A stretch of 64,000 nt of DNA, taken from contig OZ316894.1 in NCBI GenBank assembly GCA_973895155.1, positions 24,798,709-24,862,708 on the forward strand, given 5' to 3'. Both the position numbers and the translations under genes were made by a program. Every line of letters begins with the position of its first letter. Position 1 is the first letter of the stretch. The notes beneath the pieces are model-generated. The model was not told the DNA's origin. It was given only the letters and a program-made list of their open reading frames with translations, and made no database searches. Of the stretch, positions 11,650-24,500 are shown piece by piece. This DNA comes from Marsupella aquatica (taxonomy: Eukaryota; Plantae; Marchantiophyta).

Positions 11650-14600
11650 TTAATCTGCATCCCCCAGGCCATCACTACCATCTCCCCTCTTGTTAATGAC
11701 CGCATAGTTGGAGTCGCCACGTGGCTTGCCCAGTTGCTGTCCAGCAAGTTCTGCATTCCGTCGTAAAACTGCCCCTGGTGAAGGATACGGACGCTGTTGA
11801 AACAAGGGGCCCTGAATTGACGACAGCGGTAGGGTTAGCAAGTCATATAGAACAATATGCTCCTCTCAATTACTTTGAACCCAGAATCTAATCAGTTATG
11901 TAGATACATGACGATAACAAAATCCTGCAGCCAGACAACCCAGAGGTTTTATAGTGAGAGGAGCTTACAGTGGCTGTGGTATCTGCTGCCCTCGGCTGCT
12001 GCCCTTTTAGTCCCACTCCCCTGCATATCCAACGACGCGAATCAATCCTGATCAGACCAATAAGGCAGCCAACGCGTACAACTCGAAAAGGACACACTTA
12101 GAGCAGCGGCGAGTCAAGGTAGACTACAGTTGGATGAAAATGACAATACAAACTAATACTTCAGAACGATTCGTGTATATCATTTACCATCCCCCGCGAG
12201 GAGCATCAGAGTAGGAACTGGGATCCATGGGGTCCAGTTCGTCTGAGTCGGCAGGGACTCGCTTTTTTTGTTCTTTCCTGTTGAACTTGCCAGTTGGTGG
12301 CTTCATGCCCAGTCTACAGGGTAAACGTGTCCATTGATCAGCGATAACAACACGAAAAGATGTTATTTGCGAAAACACGACCCAAGCTACCAAACCCACT
12401 GCTCGAAAAGATGAAAATTTGCAGAGCAGAATCCAAACCAGTTCAAATAGAATAGAACACCAATTTGAGAAAGTAAACCTTGCAATTTAAGAGAAAGCAT
12501 CCAATGCCGATTACATCAGTGAGTGAGCAGATGATAATAATCAGTAATAGAGACTATACTAATTGTTAGCCAGACAGCTAGCCGTACTGTGTGAACTATG
12601 CGCCACACACCTTTGTTTTGGTTCCTTTCTGACCGTTTCTGCTTCCACAGCTGCAGCTATGTCAGCCTGCCACTTGTGCTTAAACTCAGGCTCCACAACA
12701 CTTTCCTCGAAAGCAGGGTCTGTTGCTGCTGCCACAGGCTGATTCCGTTTTGCACCTTGGGTCATACTCGGAGGAACTTTAACGTTCAGGACTCTGCAGG
12801 CACAACATCAACGTAACCACTGAGCATCCGAGTGAATATCGTCATCAGGAATGCATGAAAGATGTTGATGATAAGATGTTCCGAGTATAATTGGCATTCA
12901 GATTTTATCGCCAGAGTACATGTAAGAACTCTGAGCACCTTGTGCAGTGATTGCAATAGTTCCAAGCCTGCACCAATCCTCGACCCCAGCCACCACACCC
13001 AGCGCACTTCTTAAATTTGGAAGCCGATCCATTAGATGCTGCTTCCCCAGTTCCAATTGATGATTTATCTAGCTTCGCCCCTTGGGCAGCCATAGCAGGT
13101 TTTGGGCGCTCCCAGCTTGACTCATTGGTTTTAATATTATAATAATACTTGTGACCTGTATCATCATTTCAAACAACGGTACAAATTATCTTGACAGTTG
13201 TGAAGGCCGCCTTCGATCCAAACTGTTATCCTCACGAAAATCAAGAGAAACAAACAATTCCTGCGAAAATGATTCAAAACAGAGTGAAATAAGTTCACCA
13301 GTTCCACTGTCGGATGCTTCCTCCCAATCAGGAGGCAACGGTGGCAAGGCGGGTGGGGGTGGAGGTGGTGGCACAACAGCCTTCACTGTGGGGCGTTCCC
13401 ACTGGCTTTTGCCTGTGCTCTCGTTAAAATAGTATACATGTCCACTCGCTGGGTCCTTTCCTTCCACCTGTCAACATCAAGTACACTATTTTCAGCAGAG
13501 ACAAAGTTTGAAACCGCGGTTTGGAACTAGACATCAGGCACAGCACATGCTTAGGATTTGATACGAACTGTCGAAAATATCCCAACTTGCAACATATCAA
13601 AAAAACATGTCCTCCAGCACTGGAGTCAAGATTAAATTCTTCAACGGTGCTTTCTTCTACATATCATGACCAATGCAAGAATCTCTTACCCAGCCTGGAG
13701 GCAGTCCATTCGAAGACGACTCTTTTCCAGAAGATCTAGCATCAGATAGGCCCTGTAACACATCCATGCACTTTTACTACTCCCAACAGGCAAATGGTAG
13801 ATGATTCCAAATTCTAAGAAGCAGTAGTTCATTAACCAAATAACGTCATTCACTTGACAAAATTGACATAGCAGGGATTTAAGATTGAAAGGCGAGATGA
13901 ACTAGGCTGCAAGAGATGATTGCAGAAGTCAACAAACCTGTGATGCGCCATCGCCAGAGATCGACTCCTTCAGAATGCCACGGGCTGTCAGTCTTTGCTT
14001 CAAAAGATCAGGAAGATCTCTTTTGTCTACTCCATCCTCATATTCTTGGAGATTTTCTTCATCAATTCTGTCTCTCTCCGTGATCTCAGGCTTTCTGTTG
14101 AGATTATTCATTATGTTTGGACCTGTTCGATTGCTGTCATAGTCAAGACCCCTCACTGGACCAACTGATCCTTGCATGGGGACATTAGGATACCCTTCAG
14201 GGGCGTACCCAGATGGACCTCCTGGAAGTCTAAACATAGGAGGACGAACACTGTTGTAATATGCTCCTCCTCCAGGCAATCCATACCCATTTCCAATTTC
14301 AACATTGTCTACAGACAACACAAAGTTGGAAAACCTTCATTAAGAGGTGACTTCAAATCGTCAAAACGAATTACAGCAAAGTGCTTGAAGGAAGACTTCG
14401 TGAGTATCAAGATGTAAAAGATGTGTAAACATATCAATCAACCTCACCGTGTGTGTGCTACAGCAGAATTGCACGACAAATAAAATAACGGGACCTAATG
14501 ATTCACCTCTTACGGTAACACTGACGAGAAATTCTCGGGTGACCCTTATAACTATAGCCCTTCAGGGACAGATGGTGCTTATGCTTTACGAGTAGCAATT

Positions 14601-17600
14601 ATTTATGATAAACATCAATCGGAACAGAGACTGTGACATTGACAACAGTGAATCCGGCCAGTCTGACAGGGAATGGGAATAACACATGTTAAAACAAGAA
14701 CATGAGCGGCCGCACTACCAGAACTGAGTATAAATCGAAACAGTTAAGAGTGCCAGAAAGACATGGTCCAAGTTGTAAGCTTAATCGTAGACTTAACCAA
14801 ACTTCCAGAATTAGCAAGGTATAGCCTTCTGTTACAGTTGCTTTAGACAGCTGGAGTCAGGCGGCCCATCAAGCCTTGGGAGCATAAGTCTCCTTGAGGA
14901 TTTATCAAAAGACCAAAGATGAAAAGACAAAGCTTTGGAAACGGGCAGAAGTGCAGGAAAGAACTACCACCTCCTAGGAGAACGTCTAAGCACATCGCCT
15001 ATTACCATACAACATCGTATCTCTGAAAGAAAAAGAACATACTTTGACAGACAAGTTGCTCCACATTATCCAGACCTTCCAAAGCGGCTGGAAAGCTTGG
15101 GTTCCTTTCAAATTGGTTACTCCAATTCTGACCTAATGTAATTGCTACAATTTTTATTTTGTGTTTGATAGAGTTCCCAAAAGCAGTAAGGTTTGCTGTA
15201 CAATTGGGACAATCCATTAGTTAGGAGGGCCCAATACGAAGGAAGTATCAACCATGACAAAACTTCCAACTGATTCCATGTCATATTATTGAACAAATAA
15301 AGGGACAATCAGTCTCTTGAAGTGGAATCCTTCATCAAGACCGTCCTTCACGTAATTCAGACAAACAAGTGGGATAGAGATAGATCAGAAACATGGAAAC
15401 TTTAGCCACCCCACTTCATTAGCCACAATCAAGTGGGTTGCACCATCGACAAAGCACAAAAGTTCCAACCCCAACAAAACCGAATACCACCACCTTGGTC
15501 AAGTTGATTGGATCTTCCACGCTTGGAAGCCAGATCCGCCCGATGTTCAGAAGTCATCCTCAAAAGTCTCTCCTGCGATCACATTGGACAAGTTTCACCA
15601 TATCTCCATCCAAACATCAGCATTTAGCGGAAAGGGTTCCATCTCCAGGGACCACAAATTCACTGCAGAAGATTCCATAACAGTCCAAGGTATGGAAGTG
15701 CACAATTCCCCTTGAAAGTTGTCATGGAACCACTGCAGCTCTCCAGCACCATACTTTGGGAGAGGATAGTCACGGCTACAGAATTTTCTCACCCGCAACC
15801 GAGAACCATTAAAAGTGTGTACAATCAACCACGTTAGCAATGTTATTCTCACCTTTAATGCACTAGGATCATGTCGAGAAGATAAAATATCTCTTTCAGC
15901 CATCTCCGTTCCTTCAAAAGATCTATTGTCGCGCCTGCAACATAGCCAGAATTGAGGGAAAAGTGGAATAGTCAACAATTTAAAATGAGATGCCAAAAAT
16001 TGTGTAAATCGTAAAAACAGTTCGAAATACTCGGTCGAGAACTCGGAATATCAGCCATCCTTATAGTTTCTTAAGTTGAAAGCTACAAGCTAGAAAGCAA
16101 ATTATTTTCATCTGATGACACTCACCTTTGCTGAGATATAATATCTTGGGCGCTATGCTCCTGAAAAACAATAAAAGCAGGATACTGGTTGATTAGGCCA
16201 TCAGTTCTATACAACTCCAATAAGATCAAATTCTCTGGGTGAATCCAGTTCCAGCGAGAAATCTTGAGCATCAGATACCTGGATCTCTAAGCGAAACCAG
16301 CTGGAAAAATGTACCTGCTCGCGAAGTACCGCTGCCTGAACAGCTAGCTCAAAAGCTGGCGTAGTGCGGCTTGTCACAGAGCCCGTATTGCCCTGTCCAT
16401 GAAGCCTTGATGCCTCCACGGCTCGCTCAAAAGCTGGTGTAGTGCGGGTCTCAACAATGGGACCAGACGAAGCCCCCCCATTTTGCCCTCCATTTTGCAC
16501 AAGGATTGTACCCTCCGGATGTCCAGAGGCAGACCCTGGTTGCCAGGCATTGTGGTTTAGAGGCGACTGCCAAGAAGTAGACTGATCAGGATGATTCGGT
16601 ACGTCATTCCTAGCAGGTTGGTCCTCAGGGGCCGGGTCCCAACGTGACTTCCGCTTCTGATCTCGTCTTGCCTTTGGTTGATCATCTGAAGAGTCCTGCC
16701 GAGCCGGATATCCTGCAGGTGGTGACTCCTGTTTCTGGAGTGGAAATCCAGATTGATGTTGTTGGCCATGCTGAGCATCAGCATGCAACCCAGGCATACT
16801 GTTCCCCTGAGGTCGCTGTGAATAACCCTGTTGCCATGGCTCTAACTGTTGTGATTGGTTAAAATGAGATGATTGAATTTGGGGGGGAGGCTGAGGATGA
16901 TGCCAGGGAGCAACAGCTCCACCTTTTGCGCCTTGAGAAGGATATGGAGTACTAGTGTTGTGAAGATGAGAGGGGTGGTGAAGGGGGGCCTGTCCAGGAG
17001 GTTGAAATTGTGGACCGTGAACGCCACCTTGAACATGCTCAGATTGGGGACGTGGAGGATGCTGTGGCGGCCCACCATAGGATTGTGGCTGAAATTGAGC
17101 TGGGAGTTGTGCTGGTGCACCTTGAAAGACAGGAGCCTGAGGCATCTGCTGAGACTGGGGTCCTGTGTTCGGACTAGGAAAGCTTCCACGTGGCGGAGGA
17201 GCTGATGACATATACTGGGGTGGTCTCTGATGAGGACCGCCATGTGCAAAAGATTGCACTTGAGAGAATGGTGGCCCAAGATGCCCGGAGGGATTCGGGT
17301 GAGTCCCATGTAACTGAGATGATTGGATGCCAGGAGGGCCTGAAGGACCTGAATAAACACCAGAGCCTTGCAAGCCGATAAGCCCTGGAGGACCTCCATG
17401 TGCTAAGTTGTCGATAGAACCAGGAAGGGGCTGCAAGTTGAGACCAGGTGGAGTCGTAGCCTGATGTGGAGGAAAATTGAAAGACTGTGAGCCACTTGAT
17501 GGAGGCTGTGTAAATGGTGCTTTTGAATACGGCTGCTGACTAGGCAGATTTCCTGGAGAACTAAAGTGGTGCGGAGGTTTAGGTTGAGCTGATGGAAAGG

Positions 17601-18009
17601 CACTAAGGTTCTGGGAATTTGCTGAAGAACGAGGTGGATATTGCGGCTGATGAGGAGGTCCAGGCATCGGAGGACCATTTACGTTAAGTCTTGTCTGATG
17701 CATAAACGCGTGAGCAGGGGAAGATTGTGAGGCACTACTTTGAAATGAAGTACCCATCAGACGGTCGTTAGGTTGTGCCTCCGGAGGTTGAAGGGGGACA
17801 CCTGGAGGGAACATTGCGGGATGAGAAGGAGATCCAAATTGAGCACCTGGATACGGACCTTTAACTTGTTGTACTTGATGTAAAACACCCGATGCAGGTG
17901 GAGGGGGCAGACTTGGTGATGGACTTGAAAAGGGTGGGTGAGACTTTTGCACGTGAGGTTGCTGCAAAGCCTCATCCTTAGGGGTACCCATTGTTAACTC
18001 ACCTTTCAT
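11650..18009 (-). CDS. PQBP1: PQBP1-like WW-domain splicing factor (At2g41020-like) with a long Pro/Gln-rich N-terminus; 12 coding exons
   Basis: Phase-consistent GT-AG exons: 18009-16315, 16160-16126, 15934-15853, 15572-15494, 14308-13938, 13752-13690, 13467-13299, 13155-12939, 12793-12611, 12313-12188, 12020-11969, 11811-11650. It has two WW domains (LPPGWVEGKD...YYFN...SQWERP; LPPDWEEA...YYYN...SSWERP), CAGCGGWG...CNHC, and the PQBP1 C-terminal signature [19 protein letters not shown]...[22 protein letters not shown]. The start could be ATG 18009 or 17991. Confidence 0.9.
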
Positions 18010-19606
18010 TCGACAAAGGAAAACGCAAGCCCAGAGTCAGATGCAATGATGGTGGGAGCCCTGTTGTGAGCAACATTCCAAGCCTTACTCTTATGCGAGG
18101 TCCTCACATACCCCTGTACCTGACCAGTGATAGTCATTCCCAACTGCGAATCAATGACTGCTTCCAATTGACCTGTGCACAGGCTGAAATTTCGTGTATC
18201 TGGATGGATAACTCTAGCTTTTCATGACTCAGCCGATTCTGGTCCAACAGTATGCACCTGCACATGATTCGTTTCAGGCTCTAAACATTCAAACCTTTGT
18301 AGATATATGTGTTTCGGCTACAGTAACAAATATGATGACGTAGGTCCAAAAAACCAAAAGCACACAAATTCCACAGTTCTCCTTCCGATGAGAACTGCTG
18401 GACGTGACAACCGGGAGACATAAACCGTTTTAGTTGATATGTTTACATTCAGGCCCTTCATTAGCTCAGTGACCCAGCCAATACTACTCTCCTTCAAACG
18501 ATGGACAGTGGACATGCCAACTGAGCACCATAGAACGTTTTCCTTGATACAATATTATTTGAGCCCTCCCTTCACACTCATTACCTAGCGTGAGACGAAA
18601 TTGACCTAGCTCAAAATCTACTTCAGTGCAGAGCTCTTTTCCCAGAAGCAGATTGGTCGCACTTTCATCTGAGTGCACTGTCCTCGGATCTCAACAAACA
18701 ATCCTGTGATTCCCACCTATCTTAATCTCCCTCTTTAATCGCTCTCGCTGTTCGCACTGAAATTAGGTCTTTAGTTGGTGGGCCTTTAGACGTCTTTCCA
18801 ATCCACGGTTTCTGTCAATTTTTGCGATGTTTATAACGACATGGGCACAGAAGGTACAACAGCACAAGAAGTGAAGGAATTGAAAAGTGGGAGGTACCAA
18901 ACCTGTGATTTTTCCATGAAGAACAGTCCCACTTTTGAATTCAATGAACGCAGAAGATTCGTTCAGTTTGGCCAGGTACTGGATACTTGCCCCGAGAAGA
19001 ACATCAATATCTCAGGTCCACAAGATCCCGCTAATCAATTCCACTGGTGGTTCAAACTCCATACACAAACTGTACGCATACACAATAACGGAACGTCAGC
19101 TATCCGCTCCGGGCCAAACATTGCGAAATTTGGACCCAACACCACAACGGACAAGTACTCGCTGTTCCACTCATATGTGTATTGTAAAAGCTGAGTTTTT
19201 TAAGGTCCTTCTGTTTGGCTAGGAAACTCGCTAGGAGGGAGGTAGAATGCAGTTGCCAAGTGAAAATGAAATGCACGAATCTCTACGTCAGATGCCCTAT
19301 GATTGCGTCCAATGGAACACCTCCTTGATACTTTACATCAGAACTCAGCCCAGGTAATTGATATTGGTGGCAATCAAGCTGGACGTGTACAGTCGTTTAA
19401 ACTCTGGATGAGGCCCGGATAGATTTTAGCAATCGTTGATATCCGCACGCTGGAATACGTTTATCCTGAGGCAGACATGTATACACACCACGCCAGCCCA
19501 CTCCTTCCCTCCCTTTCCCCCTAAATTGTACACTTCACTACACTACGCACTCATACAGGGAGACAATTGAAATTCACCCGCTTCTTCACAGAACCGATTC
19601 CTCACA

Positions 19607-19638
19607 GAAGAAGAAGAAGAAGAAGAAGAAGAAGAAGA
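19607..19638 (+). repeat. (GAA)n microsatellite in the probable 5' UTR/intron of the PQBP1-like gene
   Basis: About 10 GAA units are directly visible. Confidence 0.85.
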
Positions 19639-20098
19639 GCAAATTCAACGATGTGTCGATGTGACATTCCCCACCTCCCTCGCCTCCAGAAAAAATAACA
19701 AAAGAAGGAAAGAAAGAGAAATAGAGGCCAGAGAAAATAACCGCCCTCACCTGCTGACCTTTCTTCTCGACTATGATGAAGCTCCCCAACTTGAAGAATT
19801 CCTGCAACCAGCAAAGAGCAGTCCTGGACGAGGCCAGCCAGACAGATCCTACGACGACAACCAACACGACCACTTGCTACGCTGCGATCTAAAGAATGCA
19901 GGTTTCCTTCAACACCCCCAAAAATTTGCAGTATGCTCCACGCTTCTCTCCTGGGCACTCGTGCACGGTGCGTCGAGAGCTTCTGGATCTGTTCTACAAC
20001 TTACTATTCCACCTTGCACAAATCTTTGCTTTCTGCTATCGTCGACCGAACAGAGGCAGAGGGGAGGAGAGAAATCCGTCCCAGTAAGAGCTTTGGCT

Positions 20099-20107
20099 AA
20101 ACCCTAA
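20099..20107 (+). promoter_or_regulatory. Telo-box AAACCCTAA near the probable TSS of the PQBP1-like gene
   Basis: Exact telo-box at the edge of the gene's GC-richer 5' region; a site-II-like GGCCCAA lies at ~20284. Confidence 0.35.
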
Positions 20108-20944
20108 TTCCCAGGGGGCTTCTCTTCACCTCAATATAAAATCACCACCTTGTATCAATTTCCCCTCCCATGAACTCAAGTAGGGAACACAGCTATGGGT
20201 GATCTATTATTCTATTACCCGGTAATAACAAATGTCAAAGTTGAGCTTTGGAGACACCTTTATTTATTCTGTTGGTGAATTTTGGCCCAATTCTTATCCA
20301 AAGATGGTTTGGGTTTACTACTGACTAGCCTTACTACTGACTCTACTGATTGCCAAAGCTTTGCTTTCCCCCACTTGTTGCCTCATCCTGAAACTTGTCA
20401 CCACCCCAGAGTGTCACCACCCGACCACCCAAGAGCCATGGTCTAGAGACTTCACTGTAGACCATAGGCTCTGGAGTGTAACTTGATAAAAAAAAAACAT
20501 TATTGGTTAGATGCTAAAGGGAAAATTTAGATATTTTTTTTGCCTCGTTATCACCTTCCTTACTCCTTTGAGACTCTGGTCATGAGATTCAGACTGTATT
20601 CTTTTATATCTTGGAAGACACAAAGGTGCAAATGTTATGTGTCAAGACACCTCTCTATGTGATATACCTCCCACTTCATCAATAATTTGCCACTCTACCC
20701 TAGATGGTCCCCTCAATGTAAGGGATATGATCAAATTTGAGCATGTGGAGTCCCTTCCACTTCAATATCAAAAGTTGACTGCGTGAAGCTTACTCCACTT
20801 TGGTAAGGACATTTCTTATATTAAGTTCATCACAACCTTCCATACATACACATAAAGTGTTATTCCACCAGAATCTTGCCTTGGATGCTTGAGTGCACCC
20901 ATAATTATACATTACTAGCTCAATACCCGTGCGTTGCACAAAAG

Positions 20945-21350
20945 AAGTCGTGGCGGCCAAGATGTCATGTCGGCCAAGATATCGTTGAGAAAAAAAGATG
21001 TGTTGGCCAAGATGTCGTGTCCGCCAAAAATTCATGGAGAGAAAAGATGTCGTGCCAGCCAAGCGGTCGTGGAGAGAAAAGATGTTGTGCCAGCCAAGAG
21101 GTCGTGGAGAGAAAAGATGTTATGCCGGCCAAGCGGTCGTGGAGAGAAAAGATGTCGTGCCAGCCAAGCGATCGTGGAGAGAAAAGATGTTGTGTCAGCC
21201 AAGAGGTCGTGGAGAGAAAAGATGTCATGCGGGCCAAGCGGTCGTGGAGACAAAAGATGTTGTGTCGGCCAAGAGGTCGTGGAGAGAAAAGATGTCGTGC
21301 CGGCCAAGAGGTGTTGAGAGAAAAGATGTTATGTTGCCCACGAAGTTGTT
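20945..21350 (+). repeat. 35-bp tandem array (~11 copies) inside the Helitron 3' end
   Basis: Unit GCCAAG(C/A)GGTCGTGGAGAGAAAAGATGT(T/C)GTGCC(A/G); GCCAAG starts at 21058, 21093 and 21128 give a period of 35. Confidence 0.9.
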
Positions 21351-21530
21351 GAGAAAAAAATTGGCTAAGTATAAAAATGTTGTGAGTACAATATGGTCAA
21401 TAAGTAAAACATGTCATTAGTCAAAGACATTATGAAGTAAAAGATGTTGTTAAATACAAAAGTGAAAGAATAACATTCACACTTGATACAATATTTTGAA
21501 GAGAATACACATGATGAGGTCTTTATTGAT

Positions 21531-24500
21531 TTAGTAGAGAACTTCATCATATACAACATTTTTGGTCAACTTTGCTTCTCCATCTTCATCGTCTGGAAGC
21601 CCGTCTGGAAGTAACACTTTTATCCTTGTAGGACATGTTGCTCTTGAAAAGGCAACATACAATTGACCATGGCTGAAAACCGACTTAGAAAGTTGCAATC
21701 CTACATGTTCTAAAGTTTGACCTTGTGCCTTATTAATAGTCATGGCATATGCCACTCGAACCGGGAATTGGACTCTTCGCAGCATGAAAGGAAGTCCCTC
21801 ATCTGACGTCAACGGAATACGTGGTATGAACGTTATGTTCCTTGCATGTTTGCCTGCAAGAACCCGCGCCTCTATGACACGACTATTGATTGTACGTACT
21901 ATGAGTCGTGTCCCGTTACATAATCCTGTAGTGAAATCGACATTACGTAAAAGAATAACAGGGCATCCAACCTTAAGTACCAGCTTGTGCGGAGGCAAAC
22001 CGTTGGGTGTTAGCGTATTCAAGAACTTAGTATGGTAAAAGTCACGTCCTTCCAATTGATCGGGGCGATCTATACTTAAGAAGGTGTGCGCATCTCCTGC
22101 GAGCCCTTCCAATATTGAACTGTTGATCTTCAGCGCCTCCTCGTTCGTTGGTGCCAATATTGTTCTCTCGCTTAGGAACTTGTCATCAATATTCTCCAAT
22201 GATGGATAAATTGCATGAATCAAGGAGTCGGTGTCAACAATGTTCTCCGTCATGGATGGCGGGACCATAATCATGTTATTTAACGCTCCTTGCTTTGGCA
22301 ATTTATCATCCCCAAGTTGAAGGAGCCATTCTTGGAAAGTCCGGTTCCCAAACTCAATTGAAGTGGATGTACCCTGCGCACGCATATTCTCCATAAGCTT
22401 GAATGTTTTCACAGAGTGCCAAATGTGAGATTTCTTCAAGCATCCTCCCACAATCTGCGCACGGCTTGCTCTTGCTTTCACCGGCAACACTTGTTGAAAG
22501 TCCCCTGCAAATGCAACCACCAACCCCCCAAACTTTATGTTGTCTTCTCTTATGTCGCGAAGTGTCCTATCAAGCGCCTCCACAGCATGTTGATGAACCA
22601 TAGGTGCTTCATCCCACAGAACGAATGTTGTCCTTCGCAACAATTCAGCAAGCTCCGTTTGCTTCTTCACGTTGCATAGTGATTGAGCATTGGGATTGAG
22701 AGGAAGCTTAAACCTTGAATGTGCTGTGCGACCTCCATCCAACAACAAACCTGCAATTCCCGAAAGAGGCCACAGCCAACGCTACGTCCCCATCAGCCCG
22801 CACCCTACGTAGAAGAACATTCTCCACAAAGGTCTTCCCTGTCCCTCCTGGCCCATCTATGAAGAATGTGGAAGCCTCACGACCCCGAACCGCCTCCAAT
22901 ATTGTAGTGTAAGCAATGCGTTGCCCAACATTCAACAACAGCTCCTGCTCAGCCAATTGTTGTTCCAAATCCTTCTGGCGATAGGACATATCCTCCTGTA
23001 TCAATTGATTGGTGTTCGCCAGATCTTCACAAAACTGTTCTGAAGGGAGGGGCAACCCAAATTCACCCAACGTCTTCCCTTGGGTGTGCAATGCCTGTCC
23101 AATTAAATATAGTGCGAAGCTCCTTTGTTGTTCTTCTGAGGGTTCAAGAAAACCCATGCTGAGAAGGCAATGACAACAATCATCACTCAACTTTGAAGCG
23201 TAACTTGTCCATAGATCATAGGGTTGTGTGGGGCCGCCAAAGATGAGGATGGTGATGAACAACCATCGAAGTTGTGAGCCGGTCTGCATGAGACCCGCCT
23301 CGCCAAGACACCTATCCCACTCTACATCATTCTCATACAATCCACGCACGAGGGCGGCCTCTTTGAACGTTGGATGCACCACGTTCTCAAAAGTTTGGAG
23401 ATCTTCAAAACTTTGAGCCCGAGTGACAACAATCAAGAGGGCTCGCAAATAATATCTCTCCCCAGCTGATGGTGCCACAAAGTACATTCGCCCAATGCTA
23501 AACCCTTGTTGACGCAGAGACCATTTCCGTAGAGCCTTGTTCCACGTCCATTCTTGAGGGAAATTAGTGTACGTGACATGGCGTGCCGATTCAAACATTG
23601 CATTTGTCTTGAACCATCCTGTCAAAGTGGTATCCCTGTCCGACTCCCTTTCAACCACATCTATGATGTCTGCATCTTCATTGAACATCACCGCCTGCTC
23701 CCTTTTACAATGTACTTGGAGACGTTGGACAGAAGTACTACTCTCTGCCATTTTAAATTGGAAAATCCGCCACGTCCCTTCCGCCGCAGACACGTAACGG
23801 GCATCAAGATGTGTTTTGATTTCATCTCGTGACTCTCCAACTTCCACCGTCGCCCGATCATGCCCCTTATATACATACTTGTATAAGTACTTAATTGCCT
23901 TAATGGAACAACAAATCTCCACGTTAATGTGAGCATTGTATTTCATGCTCAAGTATGGGCTATAGGGAACAACCCACTTGTTGTCAAACCTAAATCCATT
24001 ATTGTCCTTGCTGAATGACTGGCCATTGTCTCACCTCCGATACAAAGGATAGCCTCCATCCCCTTAGGGGGTTGACTATCAAAAATCTTAGGAACCACGT
24101 GCGATCCAAAATAGGTATTTTTGGCAGATTTTAACTAAATTTTTAAAAAGCGTAGGAGGCAAAAGAAGGTATTATAAACTCATGTTTATAGAATATTCTT
24201 TAATATATATCCTTTATAAAGTAAAATAGGTTATTAATATTGAAAATAGAGAATATTCTTATAATATTTTTTTAATAAAATAGGTATATTTATATTAGGC
24301 TAGGATCGCACGTGGTACCCCAAAATATACGCTTAGTTAACCCCCCGAGTCCATCCCCAAATTGTGTCTCTGAGGAGAATTCGCAAGGATATTTCTTAGT
24401 GCACTTCCCATCTTCCATGCAGGGCGAGTTTGGATAACCTATGCCACACGGACCATGGACCATGCACTTGGTTATTGTCTCATGAAGTCAAGGATATTTT

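Noticed and set aside
19586-20107. ORFs of 95-148 aa upstream of the PQBP1-like gene
   Set aside because: Most lack an ATG start and overlap the GAA repeat and probable 5' UTR; no homology recognised.
20945-21350. Regular 35-bp array as a CRISPR array, and the repetitive ORFs over it
   Set aside because: Units are contiguous with no unique spacers, the context is eukaryotic and no cas genes are present. The ORFs are by-products of the repeat.
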